Translations under genes and position numbers: made by a program
DNA from: Albugo candida
Lineage: Eukaryota
Length of the DNA stretch: 64,000 bases
NCBI GenBank assembly: GCA_040437565.1
Contig: JBDOQK010000009.1
Span: forward strand, 248,001 to 312,000
Direction: 5' to 3'
Notes under the pieces: generated by a model
What the model saw: the letters and a program-made list of their open reading frames with translations, nothing else
What the model was told of the DNA's origin: nothing
Databases searched by the model: none
In this document: positions 27,146 through 40,343 of the stretch, piece after piece
Layout of the letters: each line of letters starts with the position of its first letter
Numbering within the stretch: position 1 is the first letter of the stretch

Positions 27146-29905
27146 TCAACATTCATTCTTGGAGTCTTTGATAATCTGCTGGAAAGACAATGGATGGAAT
27201 TTGTGTCCGTCTGCTTTATAAAACTTGTTCTGAAACTCCACCCAATGCAGACGCAATGCATGCAGAAAGCATTCCAGCACGTCCATCGACAGGATAACGC
27301 CAAAAGTGACGACAGCGAATACAGCAAAGCCGATAAAAATCGCGATGAATGAGTCGCTGTTTATTGCTGATAGCATCGCTTTTTCCCAAAACACCGTCGC
27401 AAGCTCTACACAAAGCGTAAACATAAATTTAAAACTCATCATACCGACGACACCGTTACTTCGTACCAGAATGTGCGAGACTTAGCGCCCATAATCGCAA
27501 ATAAGACGCAGTGTTGGAGACCATCCCAAGAACAAATTCAATGGTTTCAATCGCCTGATGAATAAACATCTCGCCAAAGTCTTCATGGCTGTCGCCATCG
27601 GTTCCATGTCCCCCGCGATTTGAATGGCCGTGTGAATTGGAGAGCATCAATTCAGTCTCATCGTCCATATTATCCATTACGTGATCTGATTTTTTGGAGC
27701 GATGTTGGAGTTTGAAAACCAGTGGCTTGAAGAAAAGCATCACAGGGACCGATCCCAATGCAAAAAGGAGCAAAGTTTGCTGTGTTTTAAGCTGGCCTTC
27801 ATACATTGGATCGACGACTTTGGTCGGATTTAAAACGATGTTGATCAAAGTGTTGACAAGAGAAGGAGGTCGACAGCCAGTATGTTCCCCTTCGAAATCA
27901 AATGGGCAGACTTCGTACGACATTCGTTCCAACCAATTGATACTCCACTTCATCACAACCAAAACAATCATGTAAAAGAACAATGAAGTAGCAAACACCA
28001 ACTGAGGAAGAAACTCGAAAAAGAAACCGGAATAGTCGCGGAAATAAACGGCATTCCATCCACGCAAGCAGATTCCGAACAACATTTGTAAAATACCGAG
28101 GATCACTGAGAGTTTCATTTTGAAGGAATTGAAGAATAACAATTCATTCTCCGAAGTTTTCCAAATTGGATCCAGGCCAAAGGAGTACACATTCGAACCA
28201 GTCGTCACGTCAGTTGCATTGACGTAAGATTCGTGACCGTGGATGTGATACATCGCTTGACATTTCGTGGTACTATGTTCGTCCTCGATGCAATCCGGGT
28301 AAGAAAACTTGGATCCAAACAAATTGAGTGACAGAGAAAAGAAATCGTTATAAATAAAGCCCGCATATATGGCAAAAGCACCCATCATCGTGATCATATA
28401 ACGCCCACCATATATGGACCGTGCCATTTCCCCCATGTCACCTTTTTCCATCCTTTTCTCGGTCAGGATCATGTAAATTCCAAACAAAAGGACACAAAAA
28501 CCGTGACCTATATCCCCGTACATGACACCAAAGAGAAATGGGAAGGTGACGGCAGTAAAAAGGGCGGGATTTATTTCGCGATACCGTGGACAACCGTACG
28601 TGTCCACAAATGCCTGGAACGCTTCCGTGAACTTATTTGTCTCAAAATAAGTTGGTGCTTCAGGCCATGGCATTGGTAATTTGTCGACCAAAGAAGGCAT
28701 CGACTTGTCGTCCGCGTCATGTGCCAATGTCACTTCGCGGCGTACGCTATCTAGTGCGGCTTTAATCACCCAGCCTTCCGCTCTCAGCAAACCACCCACT
28801 TCAGGCCGAAACATATTAAGAGTGTGGTATGTTGCTTTCTCCTGAAGAACGGCCCAAATCCATGGCTCCAAATTTTCCGCCAAGTCACGACAAAGCGTGA
28901 CACAACTCTCTCTATTACGTCGAAGAATATGACTGCTTTGATTCAGTTCGGCGTTATTGTTTTGGATAAGATTGGCAATTGCAGTACGATCTTCCATAGA
29001 TGGTAAAGTATAAAGTCGAGCGTGAAAAGCGTCACATATTTTGCGTAGCTTTGTTTCGATGAAAGCCGACTGAAAGAAAATAACAAACGCGTGTTTTTCC
29101 ACAGGTATTCCGGAGTTTGGATCCACAATCAATTCCTCAATGGGTGAAAATCGTGAAAAGCAGTTGCCTCGTGTGCTTCGAAATACCATTCGCTCAAATT
29201 TGAGGCGTTCATCAGCAGGAACTACCCCAGTGATATTCCGGAATCGAAGAGAAGTCTCATCGTTTTCTGGATTGCCTTGCAGTATATCCGATTGCGTGTA
29301 CGAAACCCCGGTAGCTGAGAATGATAGATTCGAGCTCAGCGTCCGACCAGAGCGTGAAGAAGTACGTGAGCCTCGACGAGTAACATCCGGAACTATGAGA
29401 AATGAATTAGATCGCTACAGAGACAGCTACAACAATTCATACTCTCAATTTCGAAAAATTCACCAGCTCTTGAAATGATTTCTTGCAACTCCTTCCGCTC
29501 ATTGTACTCTCGGGTCAGCTTCTCGTGCATAGAGTTGAGCTGCACCAGCTCCTGCTCTTTATCTTCCAAAATTCGCTCTAAAGTATCAAGAGCTCTTTTG
29601 GCGATGTCTTGTGAGCCATAACGATATTCTGTCGCTCCACGTAGAAAATGGTCAATCGAGCCAACACTTTTCGTCTGTATGGAGAATTTCGCTAATTCGG
29701 CCTCAAAATAGCGTAATTTTCTCTCCATCTCATCGCATCGTTTGACATTACTGACATAGCGACGCTGGAAAGGCGTCAATTCGGGATTTAAATCTGAAAA
29801 TTCCATCACTCCCAACGCGCCCAATTTCTGTACGCAATCATGCGCGGCGTCTTCATTCACAATAAGTGATATGTATTCCATCTCTTCCGATCGAAACCAT
29901 CTCAT
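27146..29905 (-). CDS. ATP6V0A: V-type proton ATPase V0 subunit a, 3 exons
   Basis: Motifs [63 protein letters not shown] (essential Arg) and [16 protein letters not shown]. Confidence 0.97.
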
Positions 29906-30174
29906 TTCGGCTCAAGTAACGCCTTAGTAATTTGTCGAATGTTTCACGATATCCAAAGTCGTCGAGCGGTTTTCTCTAGCTTCACCTTCTATTTCAGTCG
30001 GCCAATGTAATGTGATCGTTTTTAGCCAATCCACATGCATACATGCAAAGATTGAATTTCCAGCTTTTTGGTACGAGCGAAAATAGTGTGCGTTTGTACA
30101 GAATTGATGATACGAAATACTATATGGTGGAATTTGCTAATATTAGGAGCATTTCATCAAGCTTGACGAGCAGA

Positions 30175-30635
30175 ATGGATTTAGAGGAGCAGATGATTTC
30201 TGTAATAAAAAGTCATCTGGGCAAGTATGATTAAGGAGTACACAGTGAGAATTATTCGTAAGGATTCAAGTGAAGCTGCTTCAAAGCTCCAATAGTTTCC
30301 AACTCGCCAGCATGTCCATTTACCAGAGCGTGATGGCACTCTTTGAGTGTGCTCAATTTGGCCGTGAAATATCACACTGTCGACTGAAGTGGAAGCAACA
30401 CAAAGTACGAACCAAACATGCGTTTATCTCGTGGGCTAACGCTGCAAAGAAAACTAGAAAACTGCGTGGTCAACACCATTGTGCTTTCAAGATGAGAAGT
30501 AGCCCAGTCGGTTGCAAGAGACGGTCATGTGAGTGCCTAGGACGAATGCAAGCCAAGCGAATCGATGTCCAAGGTTGGAGAAAAGTTATCAAATGTGTTG
30601 ATAAATATAACTTGGATCTAACCCATATTGTGTGA
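30175..30635 (+). CDS. Possible small spliced hypothetical gene, head-to-head with V-ATPase a
   Basis: MDLEEQMISVIKSHLGK is followed by a GTATGA..AG intron-like segment and an open frame. A second GTACGA..GCTAAC..AG segment follows. No family recognised. Confidence 0.3.
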
Positions 30636-31440
30636 AATATGAACAGCCCTCATCTCACAACAATAAAGAATGGGGACCGTTCTGCTCCAAAAATCAGTAA
30701 AGACAAAGCATGTATATGCAGGTAGTGACGAAGGTGTGCCAGTCAGACCACAAATAAGACGAGTGAGGATCTTTGATTACGTGTGTGTGCAAAGAAACCA
30801 AAGACGCTCGAATGGAGAAAGTCTTTTGGCTTTTCTTAGATCATTGTTGCAAATTGCGAATGGCACAGGAATGACTACTACGTCTGTGGATACCGACTGA
30901 CTCGACAATTCGAGTGTTGCAATCTCTAACAAGAATTAAGTCAAGTGTGATATATTCTGAATATGATTGTGATAATGAAGGAATTCTTTTCAAATTTAAA
31001 GTCAAAGTACACTATATTTGTGTTGGAAAGTTGTGTTGAACAAGAGCTTCTATGGGGTCCAGTATCCAAAAAGAATTCCAAATATTCTCTATGAAAACTA
31101 TCAAAGAGCAATTCTATTCTCCAAAAACAGAGAATTGTAGGCTTGGGTAGCAAAACTAGCTTGGATCATCACACAACGGGTCAAATTGAGAAAGATCTAT
31201 TTGATGAAGCAATTGCCCGCTACAGATCTGCAAATATCAATTCGACTGATTCTGTGTTGTTATTATATTGCCGTCAACTCCGCACTGACGTCTCGTAGCG
31301 TTAGACTGACACGTAAACAGTCAAGTGCTATCATACAAAGAAGACGTTCATATAGCTTTCCTATTGTGCGCCATTTAGTAGCCTTCTCTTACGGTGTTAA
31401 CAACACCAAAAAATCGACTCATTGAGCCAAATAACACTTT

Positions 31441-34400
31441 TTATTGCTGCGTGCATTCCGAAGGTTTCGTAGCGGTATTAGAAACCGATTCAATCCATTC
31501 CTTATTTTGTGCAAACAGCGTTTTCTTCTTTTTTGTACAATTCGTACTCACAATGCCTTTCAATTCCCTCGCCTTCTCGTCCTGTTCCATAAGCTTTCTT
31601 TTCCCGAGTGCTGATGGGACTGTATCAGAACCACATTGAAGAGCGCTGACTTCCCATCTCTGTTGATTTCGTTCATTTTCCAGTAAAGCACGATTCAATC
31701 GCTCGTTCACTTGCTGGATTTCTTGACATAAAACCTTGTTTTTCTCCATCAGTTGATGCTGAGTTTGCAATAAAGTCGCGTTAAACAACAAGATTTCTCT
31801 TCTTTTGGAGCCTTCCGTCTTCCGCACAGTCTCAAGGCGTTCGAGTAGTTGACTATAATCGAGCTTTGCTCCATTCGCTTCCTTCTCATTGACAGAGCTC
31901 TCGCTGTCAGCTGATGGAAGAGAAGCTTTTCCAATCTCTGATCCGTTGAGCGCTTCTTCTTGTGCTCTTTTTAATTCAGCACTTAGTAATTTCACTTGCA
32001 TGGAGAGGTCTGCCGTGATGGAAACCTTCTCATCGTCGATATGTCGCTTCTGATCAGATGCTCCAGTAAAGTGAGATCGTTCCCGCTCCAATCGAATGAG
32101 TTTCGATTCGAGTGTCGTCACCGTATGCTCACTTGCGTCGAATTGGGTTTGTAGGCGTTGTATTTGGTGAGTCAAATTCTCCTTCTCCTTGGCGATTGAT
32201 CTTGCCGAAACTTTCAGCAACTTGAGCTTCTCTTCAAGATTCAGATATTGTTTTCGACCATTCTCAATCGCCAACTGGTGCATTCTTCTATCATCACGTA
32301 ACAGTACCAAGTCATAAGCCAATGTCTCAGCGTCTTCGGTGGCCATTTGTAAACATTCGCGTGTCGTTTGATTGAGAATCTCGAGGCTTTGTTGTTTGTA
32401 TCGAATTTGATCATTGAGAAGCAGCTGCTCACACAATTTCTCACTCGCGTCATTTTTTTCCTGTTGCAGGTTGCCTATACGCCGAGACAGATCGTGCATT
32501 TTCCCTTTGACGTCAGCTAAGGAGCTCAATTGATTCTTCAGCAATGCGACAATTCTCTCTTCTTGAGCTTCAATTCTGGCATGACATTGCTCCATCGATG
32601 TTTCTTCCATTCTGGTCAATTTGATAGAGAAGACTCTGCTCATCGTTTCGAATTCGACCAGTAGCTTCCCCTCACGTACTTGCATGCTTTCCCGTAGGAC
32701 GCGATATCGTCGTCTCCAGTCTCGAATCTCTCGATCAGACACTTGAAGCTGATTTTGCTGCTGTTCTTGCCTCCAGGCCAAAAGCGATCTTAAATCTTCT
32801 ATCGACATCATGAGAATATTTCGATTGACGTTCATTGTAAATGCCATCTCATCGATTCGCTCTGACGAAAACATCAAAAGAATTTGTTGTTTGCACACGT
32901 GATTCTCCAGATCATTGACAAGCATCTCCGATCTATCGACAGACTGATTCGCTATTTGAAGTTTGACGGATCGATCTCTAGCTTTATCAATGAGATTCGC
33001 ATTCTCCATTTCCAAGCGATGAATGCAGACTTTCTGGTCATGAGCACACTTTGATAGCGATTCGTGAGAGAGTTGAAGCATTTTGTGTCTTTGAGATAGC
33101 TGTTGATGTCTGCATTTCAACGTATTGAGTTCTTCCAACTGCATATCAATCCGATTCGAAAGTGTCCATTGCATTTGTGAGTATGCGCATTTGGATCCTT
33201 CAAAGCTTTTGCTGATGAAATGACAAGCTTGGCTTCTTTTTTCGAGTTCCATCAGCATTTCTTCGATTTTCGCCTCGCAGTTCACTACTTCTTCTCGTCG
33301 AAATGCATTTTCGGCCTGTGCATTTCTGATTTCCACGGAAAGTTCCTCGCACCGATAACGCTGTTGTAGCAACTCTTCATTCTGCATGGCACATGTCATT
33401 TTCCATTCAGCCAGTTGCTGTTCACATATAAATTTCGCAGCAGAGGTTACAGCAAACTCGTCTTTCGATTGATGATACTTTTGCTCGAATAAAGCCTTCA
33501 ATCGATTTGTGTCGTCGAGCTGATCCAAGAGCTTCTCGAGATTTTCTGAGGACTCATTTTTGACTCTTTTTCCAAGTTCTTGATTCTCATGCTCAAGTCT
33601 TGCAATCTTTTCCGATATCTCCGGATTGTATTCGGACATGAGCATATCCACTGCTGCTGATTCCTGTTCATAAACATTGACTGCTTCATTAGCCAATGTC
33701 GTACTTTGATTCAGCATGCTTTGTGCTTCTTTCAATGAATTTCGCAGAGTCTCGTTTTCTGTTAAAAGATAATCTGCCTCTGCCGACTTCATACTCAATT
33801 GTACTTTTAACTCGGACACTCGAACGTTCTACATAACCAAATAACGTCGTACAAACACGGTCCTCAATCAGCAAATGTCACGTACTGCCGTTGTTGTTGC
33901 ATTTTTGGCTTCCGAAAGCCTCCGCTGAAGAGATTTGGCTTTCTCCATCTCTGTCTCAAGTTCCATAACTCGATTTCTGAGTGATTCGTTGCTGGATTCG
34001 AGAAGCTACGATACAGAGAAATGTAAGGTAGAGTCCAAAAAAACTATTGCTTCGTACGTGCATCTTTTCTTTTCCATGGTTTAGTTCTTCAATCTTGGCC
34101 TTAAATTTGATAATAGTGATTTCTGCCTTTCCAGTTCGCTCTGCTGCTGGTCGTAGAAGATCTACCTCATCTTGCAATGAGCTGATCTGCTGCATCAAGT
34201 TACATTGCTCCCGGCTCTTCAGTTGCACTTCGGTCAATTCATTTCGTAATGTTGTGATTTGATCTTCATAAAGGGACCTTATTTGCCTCTCTTTCTTCAG
34301 TAGTCGAACATCTGAGTCTAACTTCATCTCATCCATTGCTTCTTGGAGCTTATCGTGAGCAATACGCCAGGTCTTTTCTTCTCTGCGTGATTTCTCAATC

Positions 34401-35225
34401 GATACGCCCAAGTAAACATTCTCTTCTTTAAGCAGTTGATTTTCCCTTTTAAGACGCGCCAGCACTTCTTTTGATGAGAATTCGGTCTCAAGGGCTTTAA
34501 TTGTAATGTCATCATAGTCATGTGGTTGATCCTTATCGCAAGTTCCGACTCGAATCACGTCTTCATCGTGCGATTCGCCAGTTTCTGCTGTCCGTGCATT
34601 GGAATCCTGAAGATTGCGGTCAATGATTGTCATAAGATTGACTTGTAAGTTATTCTCCAGGCTCAAAATATCTCGTATATAGCCTTCTCGCATTCTACTC
34701 TGAACTAAAGCTCCCAATAGAAGCTCCAGCACCTTGATGAAGTTTGCATCACAATTGATGATCTGTGGAATTCCATGTTCGGGTAATGCATCTAGTTGAA
34801 TGGGCCATTTGAGTCTCTGAGGTAGAGATCGAAATTCGAGCAACAATGGACGCTATACAGGTTGAAAGATCTTTAAAGACTGACTGGAAGTGACAAGACT
34901 TTGTGTAACCTCATAGAATGTCGTAAAAATGCTCCAAACCGCTTCCCAGTCGTCTTGAATTGTGGATTTATCAAATTCTGGAAACCTGTATCATGTATAC
35001 ATATGGAATTAGAGCGGTTATACACGTATAAAGGGTGCCAACTTACGCAGTTGAAAGTAAATTACGGGCGATGGACGCGATGGGCACACATGAAAACGGT
35101 ATTGCAATATCGGCTTTCTCTTCATGGTTGTGCGCGATGCCATTGTCTTCGATGAATCTGAGAATGTATGAGTGTATCCACGCAAACAAGCTATACGCTT
35201 CCACGACATTGACTTTGGTAGTCAT
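31441..35225 (-). CDS. HOOK-domain long coiled-coil protein with C-terminal CaaX-like CTQQ, multi-exon
   Basis: KVLELLLGALVQSRMREGYIRDILSLENNLQVNLMTII matches the end of the HOOK/Girdin N-terminal CH-like domain. LQDEVDLLR and IARLEHEN are HOOK-like coil motifs. About 1000 aa of heptads follow, ending KPSECTQQ-stop. Confidence 0.8.
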
Positions 35226-35456
35226 AATCGTAAGCTGGTTGGTTGACTCGAAAGCGGGCTACGCTCTGAGTGGTNNNNNNNNNNNNNNNNNNNNNNNNNN
35301 NNNNNNNNNNNNNNNNNNNNNNNNNNNNNNNNNNNNNNNNNNNNNNNNNNNNNNNNNNNNNNNNNNNNNNNNNNTCTGAGTGGTTAAATTCCATAAAAAG
35401 TTTGGTCAGAATCAGATCACTCGCACGATGTATATTATACGCAAACTACAATCGTA

Positions 35457-37170
35457 TCATACAATCGCTAATATGCGATCTTTCTCATCTATACTTTCAT
35501 CACCTGAGAGCATATCCGTATCTTTGTCATTTTGATACTTCTCAAGATGTTGTTTCGCATTGTAGGTATCTTCAGTTCCCGTAATTCGTTCCAGACAGTT
35601 TTGTATCAGTCCGCGATCAAATTGGTTCTGATACCGGCCCGTATCCTTCGCAATCAAGTACGAGTACCGATTTCTATTGAGAAACTCGTTGGTGGTCAAA
35701 TTTTTGGACGTGAGGAACAATTGGAAAGCGAGCAATTGTGCGGTAAGCAAACCCGTCGTTCCGTACACAAGCTGTACGAGAAGGATCCAATAGTGAAATC
35801 CATAGTAAGTCCAATATAAATACAGCAGGTATTCAAGTTGAAGTATACCAGAAGTCAACCCAAAAAGAAACAGTAAAAAGTATAGATAGTTGCCTTTGCC
35901 GACACAATTGTCTACGAAAGGACAACTTCAACATAGTTAGAATCAGATCACATGCATTCTGATCTGATAACACGTACTGATGATCGAATAGCGCGACACA
36001 AGTTCGGCAGAATCGGCAATGCTTGGATCGGAGTGGTCGCTGGATTCGACAAGTATGGCATAACGGTCGTTGTAGATCCGTTGATGGAGAATACGCTTGA
36101 TCGCTTGCGATAATGAATTCAGTGACATGATCGTATTCTTTCTGATGCTCTAAATGAGATTTTAAGCTACCCGCACCAGTTTGCTTGGTTTTGTAAAAGT
36201 AATACCACGTCATAATCGCAACAATGTAATGTTCCAGAAAACGAATACGCCATTCTGGAAGTGCCGGGCAAAGCACGCAGACAGCGATTCCGAACGTTAT
36301 TACAGCATTCGCCAAGACATAATAATAAGGTAGACGACTTGATTGATACCATGTCCAAATATTCCATCGCTGCTGATACTGTTTACTGGCTAGAAACGAA
36401 CAGACCCCATGATGATGCTTTATTCTTGCCAAGTCATAAGGCGTTCGCCCTTTATTATCTTTGGAGGTGAAATCAGACTCTAGCGTGTCAACCAAGTACT
36501 CTACTGTCTCCGATTGACCACGCATTGCGGCAAGATGAAGAGGTGTTTGTCCGTAGCAATCAGCTTCATCGGTGGATAGTCCAAGGTGTTGAAATACAGA
36601 GACAATCCCAGTTGCTCCTTTGTAAGCGGCCCAATGTATAGCGCTGTCTCGATCTCTATCGACACAGGTAATATCCCCTCCATTTTTAACACAATACATA
36701 ACCAATAAAGCGTGTCCATTTTGAGCAGCAATTAGTAATGGTGTTCGTGACTTTTCTTCATCGACTGTGTTAATATCAACTCCAAGCCTAACAAGCGTTT
36801 TCAATGAGATTAGATTCCCAGTACTACAAGCCCAGTGTATCGGATGCAATTTCACAGAGTCTTGGCTAGGAAGATCTAATGCACAATTGATGGAATCCAA
36901 ATACTCAAGGAAATCGCAACTCTGTGAGCATTGTGCAACCCAGTGAGCTATTGTGTGTCCCATTGAGTCACGTTCGTTTATCAGATGCTGCCCATGTTCA
37001 TTAGCGAGTGCTTTGAATTTTTCAAATTCATCCTCTTTCGCTGCTAGAAAAAGTTTCTCCAATGGACTTGCATCCTTTTCTGTATGTCCACCCTCGTCGT
37101 ACACGCACTTTTGACACTCGTGACGCGTGGAAGACTCATGCGCAACAACGTCATTGCGAACTGAATGCAT
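35457..37170 (-). CDS. Ankyrin-repeat DHHC palmitoyltransferase (Akr1/ZDHHC17/TIP1 type), 2 exons
   Basis: Ankyrin repeats (HPIHWAC, TPLLIAA, TPLHLAA) and CHTCRIQRPLRSKHCRFCRTCVALFDH/HCPFVDNCVG, with the DHHC motif split by intron 35926-35977. TTNE and NQFDRG motifs present. Confidence 0.95.
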
Positions 37171-37369
37171 ACTGTCTTATAACCGGTATATTCGCTGATA
37201 TATCAGGAAAATGCGGCTACATCATGAATTGAAACAGTAAATGGGGTCTCAATTTGCAATGAGAGCGCTTGACGGCGGTTACGACTGCTCCATAAAGATT
37301 TTCGTATTTGTTTGTAGTTGAATGATGCACCATTTTTATATTAATATGTGTCATTATCATATTTGACAC

Positions 37370-38299
37370 ATGTTTGACATCAATTTGACAATGACGTGGC
37401 TACTTGAAGTATATCGACGAACTTGCATCAGTTTGCGTTTCTTTTGCGCAACTTTGTACGACACCAAAAGAGGATCGCTTTGTCTATCTTTAATTGAGTA
37501 TAGCATCAAGATGGCGCATTCTAATTGCAAGATGGCGCATTCTAATTGCAAGATGCAGCTATGCGATTGTTGCTGCGTACTACCAAACTTGGAATCGAGC
37601 ATCATTTCGCTGGCTCGTGGAAAACATCACCAAATGCCTAAATTACAATATTATGCAAACGAGCATCATGGACGAAATGCATTGTTCTGCTTGGGCACTC
37701 TGATGTATGGACAAAAGTTTCTTTCTACTATTATATTATCGGAAATGGGGATTCTATCTGTCCAAACACCATTTGTCAGAAGAACGACAGGAAACGCTTT
37801 GATAAAAACATCAAAACGATTGCTGACCAAGGTCTACGAGCATCACGATTCAAGTGTGCCTAAAAAGAATCGACTGCCGACAAATTTACGCGAGAACGAC
37901 ATCATGACGATCAGCAATTTCAATGTAATAAACACGAGTAGTCTGCTTCCAACTCGTAGTGATGCAACACAATGCGTGAATGAGATTGACGCATTATTGT
38001 ATACGCTGAAGGCGAATGATATTGTCGAAGTTCAGTTCAATGCGAGCTGGTACCCCGGAATGATTATGGAATGCAATTTGGACGATTCCTATTCAGTGAT
38101 GTGGTGGATGGATGATAACTCTCAGCGTTTCAGTAGGCAGCTATTGAACAAGCAGCTGCGCATTCCGCTTTTCACGCTGCAAAACTCTCGGACATCTAAT
38201 ACTTATATCGATCATTTGTGGCAACTCGCATCAGATCTAGCAGGATATCTGTTTCAAAAACAATCCATCATTGTAAATAATAGATCGCTGAGAGCTTAA
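37370..38299 (+). CDS. Hypothetical protein with a Tudor/Agenet-like domain; start codon uncertain
   Basis: LKANDIVEVQFNASWYPGMIMECNLDDSYSVMW fits the Tudor/Agenet pattern. The 5' part of the ORF may be non-coding. Confidence 0.55.
   Translation: MFDINLTMTWLLEVYRRTCISLRFFCATLYDTKRGSLCLSLIEYSIKMAHSNCKMAHSNCKMQLCDCCCVLPNLESSIISLARGKHHQMPKLQYYANEHHGRNALFCLGTLMYGQKFLSTIILSEMGILSVQTPFVRRTTGNALIKTSKRLLTKVYEHHDSSVPKKNRLPTNLRENDIMTISNFNVINTSSLLPTRSDATQCVNEIDALLYTLKANDIVEVQFNASWYPGMIMECNLDDSYSVMWWMDDNSQRFSRQLLNKQLRIPLFTLQNSRTSNTYIDHLWQLASDLAGYLFQKQSIIVNNRSLRA
37507..37555 (+). repeat. Perfect 21-bp tandem repeat, 2.3 copies
   Basis: caagatggcgcattctaattg twice, followed by caagatg. Confidence 0.95.
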
Positions 38300-38385
38300 T
38301 ACGCAAATGACTACATATATTTATAAATTACATAAAGAATCTGATTGTATCTCAAATAACGCAAACACGTGGCACACTTGAAACT

Positions 38386-40343
38386 ATGCGAATGGATCCA
38401 ATGCAAACGAATCAGAGTTCCCAAGCCTCTCCACGCTCCCGTCAGGTACGTAAGACGACAGTATCATTATCTAGCGACGTATCTGATCGCATTCGGTATC
38501 TGTATTAGATCGTAAGCATCAATGAAGACGGAACTCGATTCACACTGGATGAGAAAGCACTCGAGGAGATCTTTCATCAAGTTCCTGAAGATATGAAAGT
38601 CGCCATTTACTCCGTCGTGGGAGCCTTTCGTACGGGAAAATCATTTCTTTTGGATCTATTTCTTCGTTATTTACGATTCGGATCTGATGGACCAATTTTG
38701 AGTGATACTGTGAACACAAAATCCGACGAATGGAAGAAATGGATCTACTCGGGTGTAGATAGCATGAAAAGTGGAAAGAGTATGCTGGAAGGGAACTCCA
38801 ATTTTGAGCTCACAAATGGCAGCAAAGGCTTCTCGTGGCGCGCTGGAAGGAAGAGGAACACAACAGGCATATGGATGTGGGAACAAGCTTTCATTCGAAA
38901 AACAGAATCCGGTGAAGATGTGGCAGTGTTTTTGGTGGATACTCAAGGAATGTTTGATTCCGAGACTTCACAAATGCTTACAGCCAGCATTTTCGGACTC
39001 AGTACGTTATTAAGTTCGTATCAAATTTATAATGTCGACAAGCGCGTGCAAGAAGACAATATGCAACATTTAGCGCTCTTTTCAGAATATGGACGGTACG
39101 CTCACCTCAACGTCTAACTCTTGATATTCTCTATTAACCATGACAATAGCATGGCGCTGTTTGGCCACGATGAGACAAATCGAAACATACAAGCGCTTGA
39201 CTCACGCTGTCTTTCAATTCGCAAAACACATTCAAATGTGTCCACAAACGAAGAGAATGCCGCCACACAACCTGAAGATATCAAGAAGAAAGGTTCCCGT
39301 CCATTTCAAAAATTAGATTTCCTAGTTCGAGATTGGCAAGATTTTTCACGCAAACAATCTTTGGCTGAAAAACGTAAAGATATGGTGCAATACACGAATG
39401 AAATCCTGTCAATCCGCACTCAAAAAGACCTTGCCAATACCAGAGAACAAATTTTCTCATGCTTTGAGACTGTGACCTGCTTTCTACTACCGCATCCTGG
39501 CCATGAAGTAACGGAACCCGAGTACGACGGAAACGTGGAAGCAATTGATGATCGCTTTTTGGAGCTTGTGACCGTCTATTTGGACGATATATTCAGCCCT
39601 GCAAAACTTGCACCAAAATATGTCCATGGCGTCCCAGTTACATCCCGAGAATTACTCACATTTATCCGATATTACGCAGCATTATTTCGAGATTCGTCGA
39701 TTTTTCCCGAAGCCAAAACATTACTCGAGGCAACAGCAGAAGCCAATAATGTAAATAAACGAGAAAAAGCTATCCTTAAGTACAAGAAGGAAATGGAGTC
39801 GTTGGTCGGGCTTAAAAGCGGTTATGTTCCGGTAGCGCAGTTGGAAAAGCACCATGCGGTGTGCTCGGATGGAGCTATGGCAGTTTTCGATCAGGGAGCG
39901 AATATGGGGCGACAAAGTCAAATTCGAGCGCATCGATCCACATTGGCGGCTGAGCTCGCCAAAGAGTATGAGCGGTTCTCATCGGTAAATGCAGAAAGAG
40001 ATCCATACAAGAATTTGGAGTTTTATCTGATACCGGGTGCGATCGCATTCGCACTATTGGCGTTTCGCGTTGGTCAGGATTTGTTTTGTTATGAGCATGT
40101 GGGCTATGATTTACCCCTTTACGATTGCAAGTACGTTGTCTGTTACCCATGTATTCGATTGCGTTACACACTTCCTGATGTAGACACGTTAGCAAAACGC
40201 TTACGCATTTGTATTGGGCGATATTCATTTTCATGTTGTTAATCACATTTTCAACCGGTCAAGTCATGTTTGCACGTATCAAAACAATTTTATCCCTGAT
40301 CAAGACGGCTTCTCAAGCGGAAGGTAAAGCCAAATCAGATTAG
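38386..40343 (+). CDS. ATL: Atlastin (GB1/RHD3-type ER fusion GTPase), 4 exons
   Basis: P-loop GAFRTGKSFLL, TTGIWMW, DTQGMFD, HLALFSEYGR, FLVRDW, FLLPHPG and LEATAEANN. Two C-terminal TMs; the spliced end GKAKSD is a KxKxx ER-retrieval motif. Confidence 0.93.

Noticed and set aside
31441-33819. Lamin call for the coiled-coil + NLS + CaaX protein
   Set aside because: No lamin-tail Ig domain or intermediate-filament consensus ends are seen; the N-terminal exons are HOOK-like instead.
37507-37555. Short repeat as a CRISPR-like array or YY1 sites (CAAGATGGCG)
   Set aside because: There are no spacers, only 2.3 copies, the context is eukaryotic, and nothing indicates a YY1-type factor.
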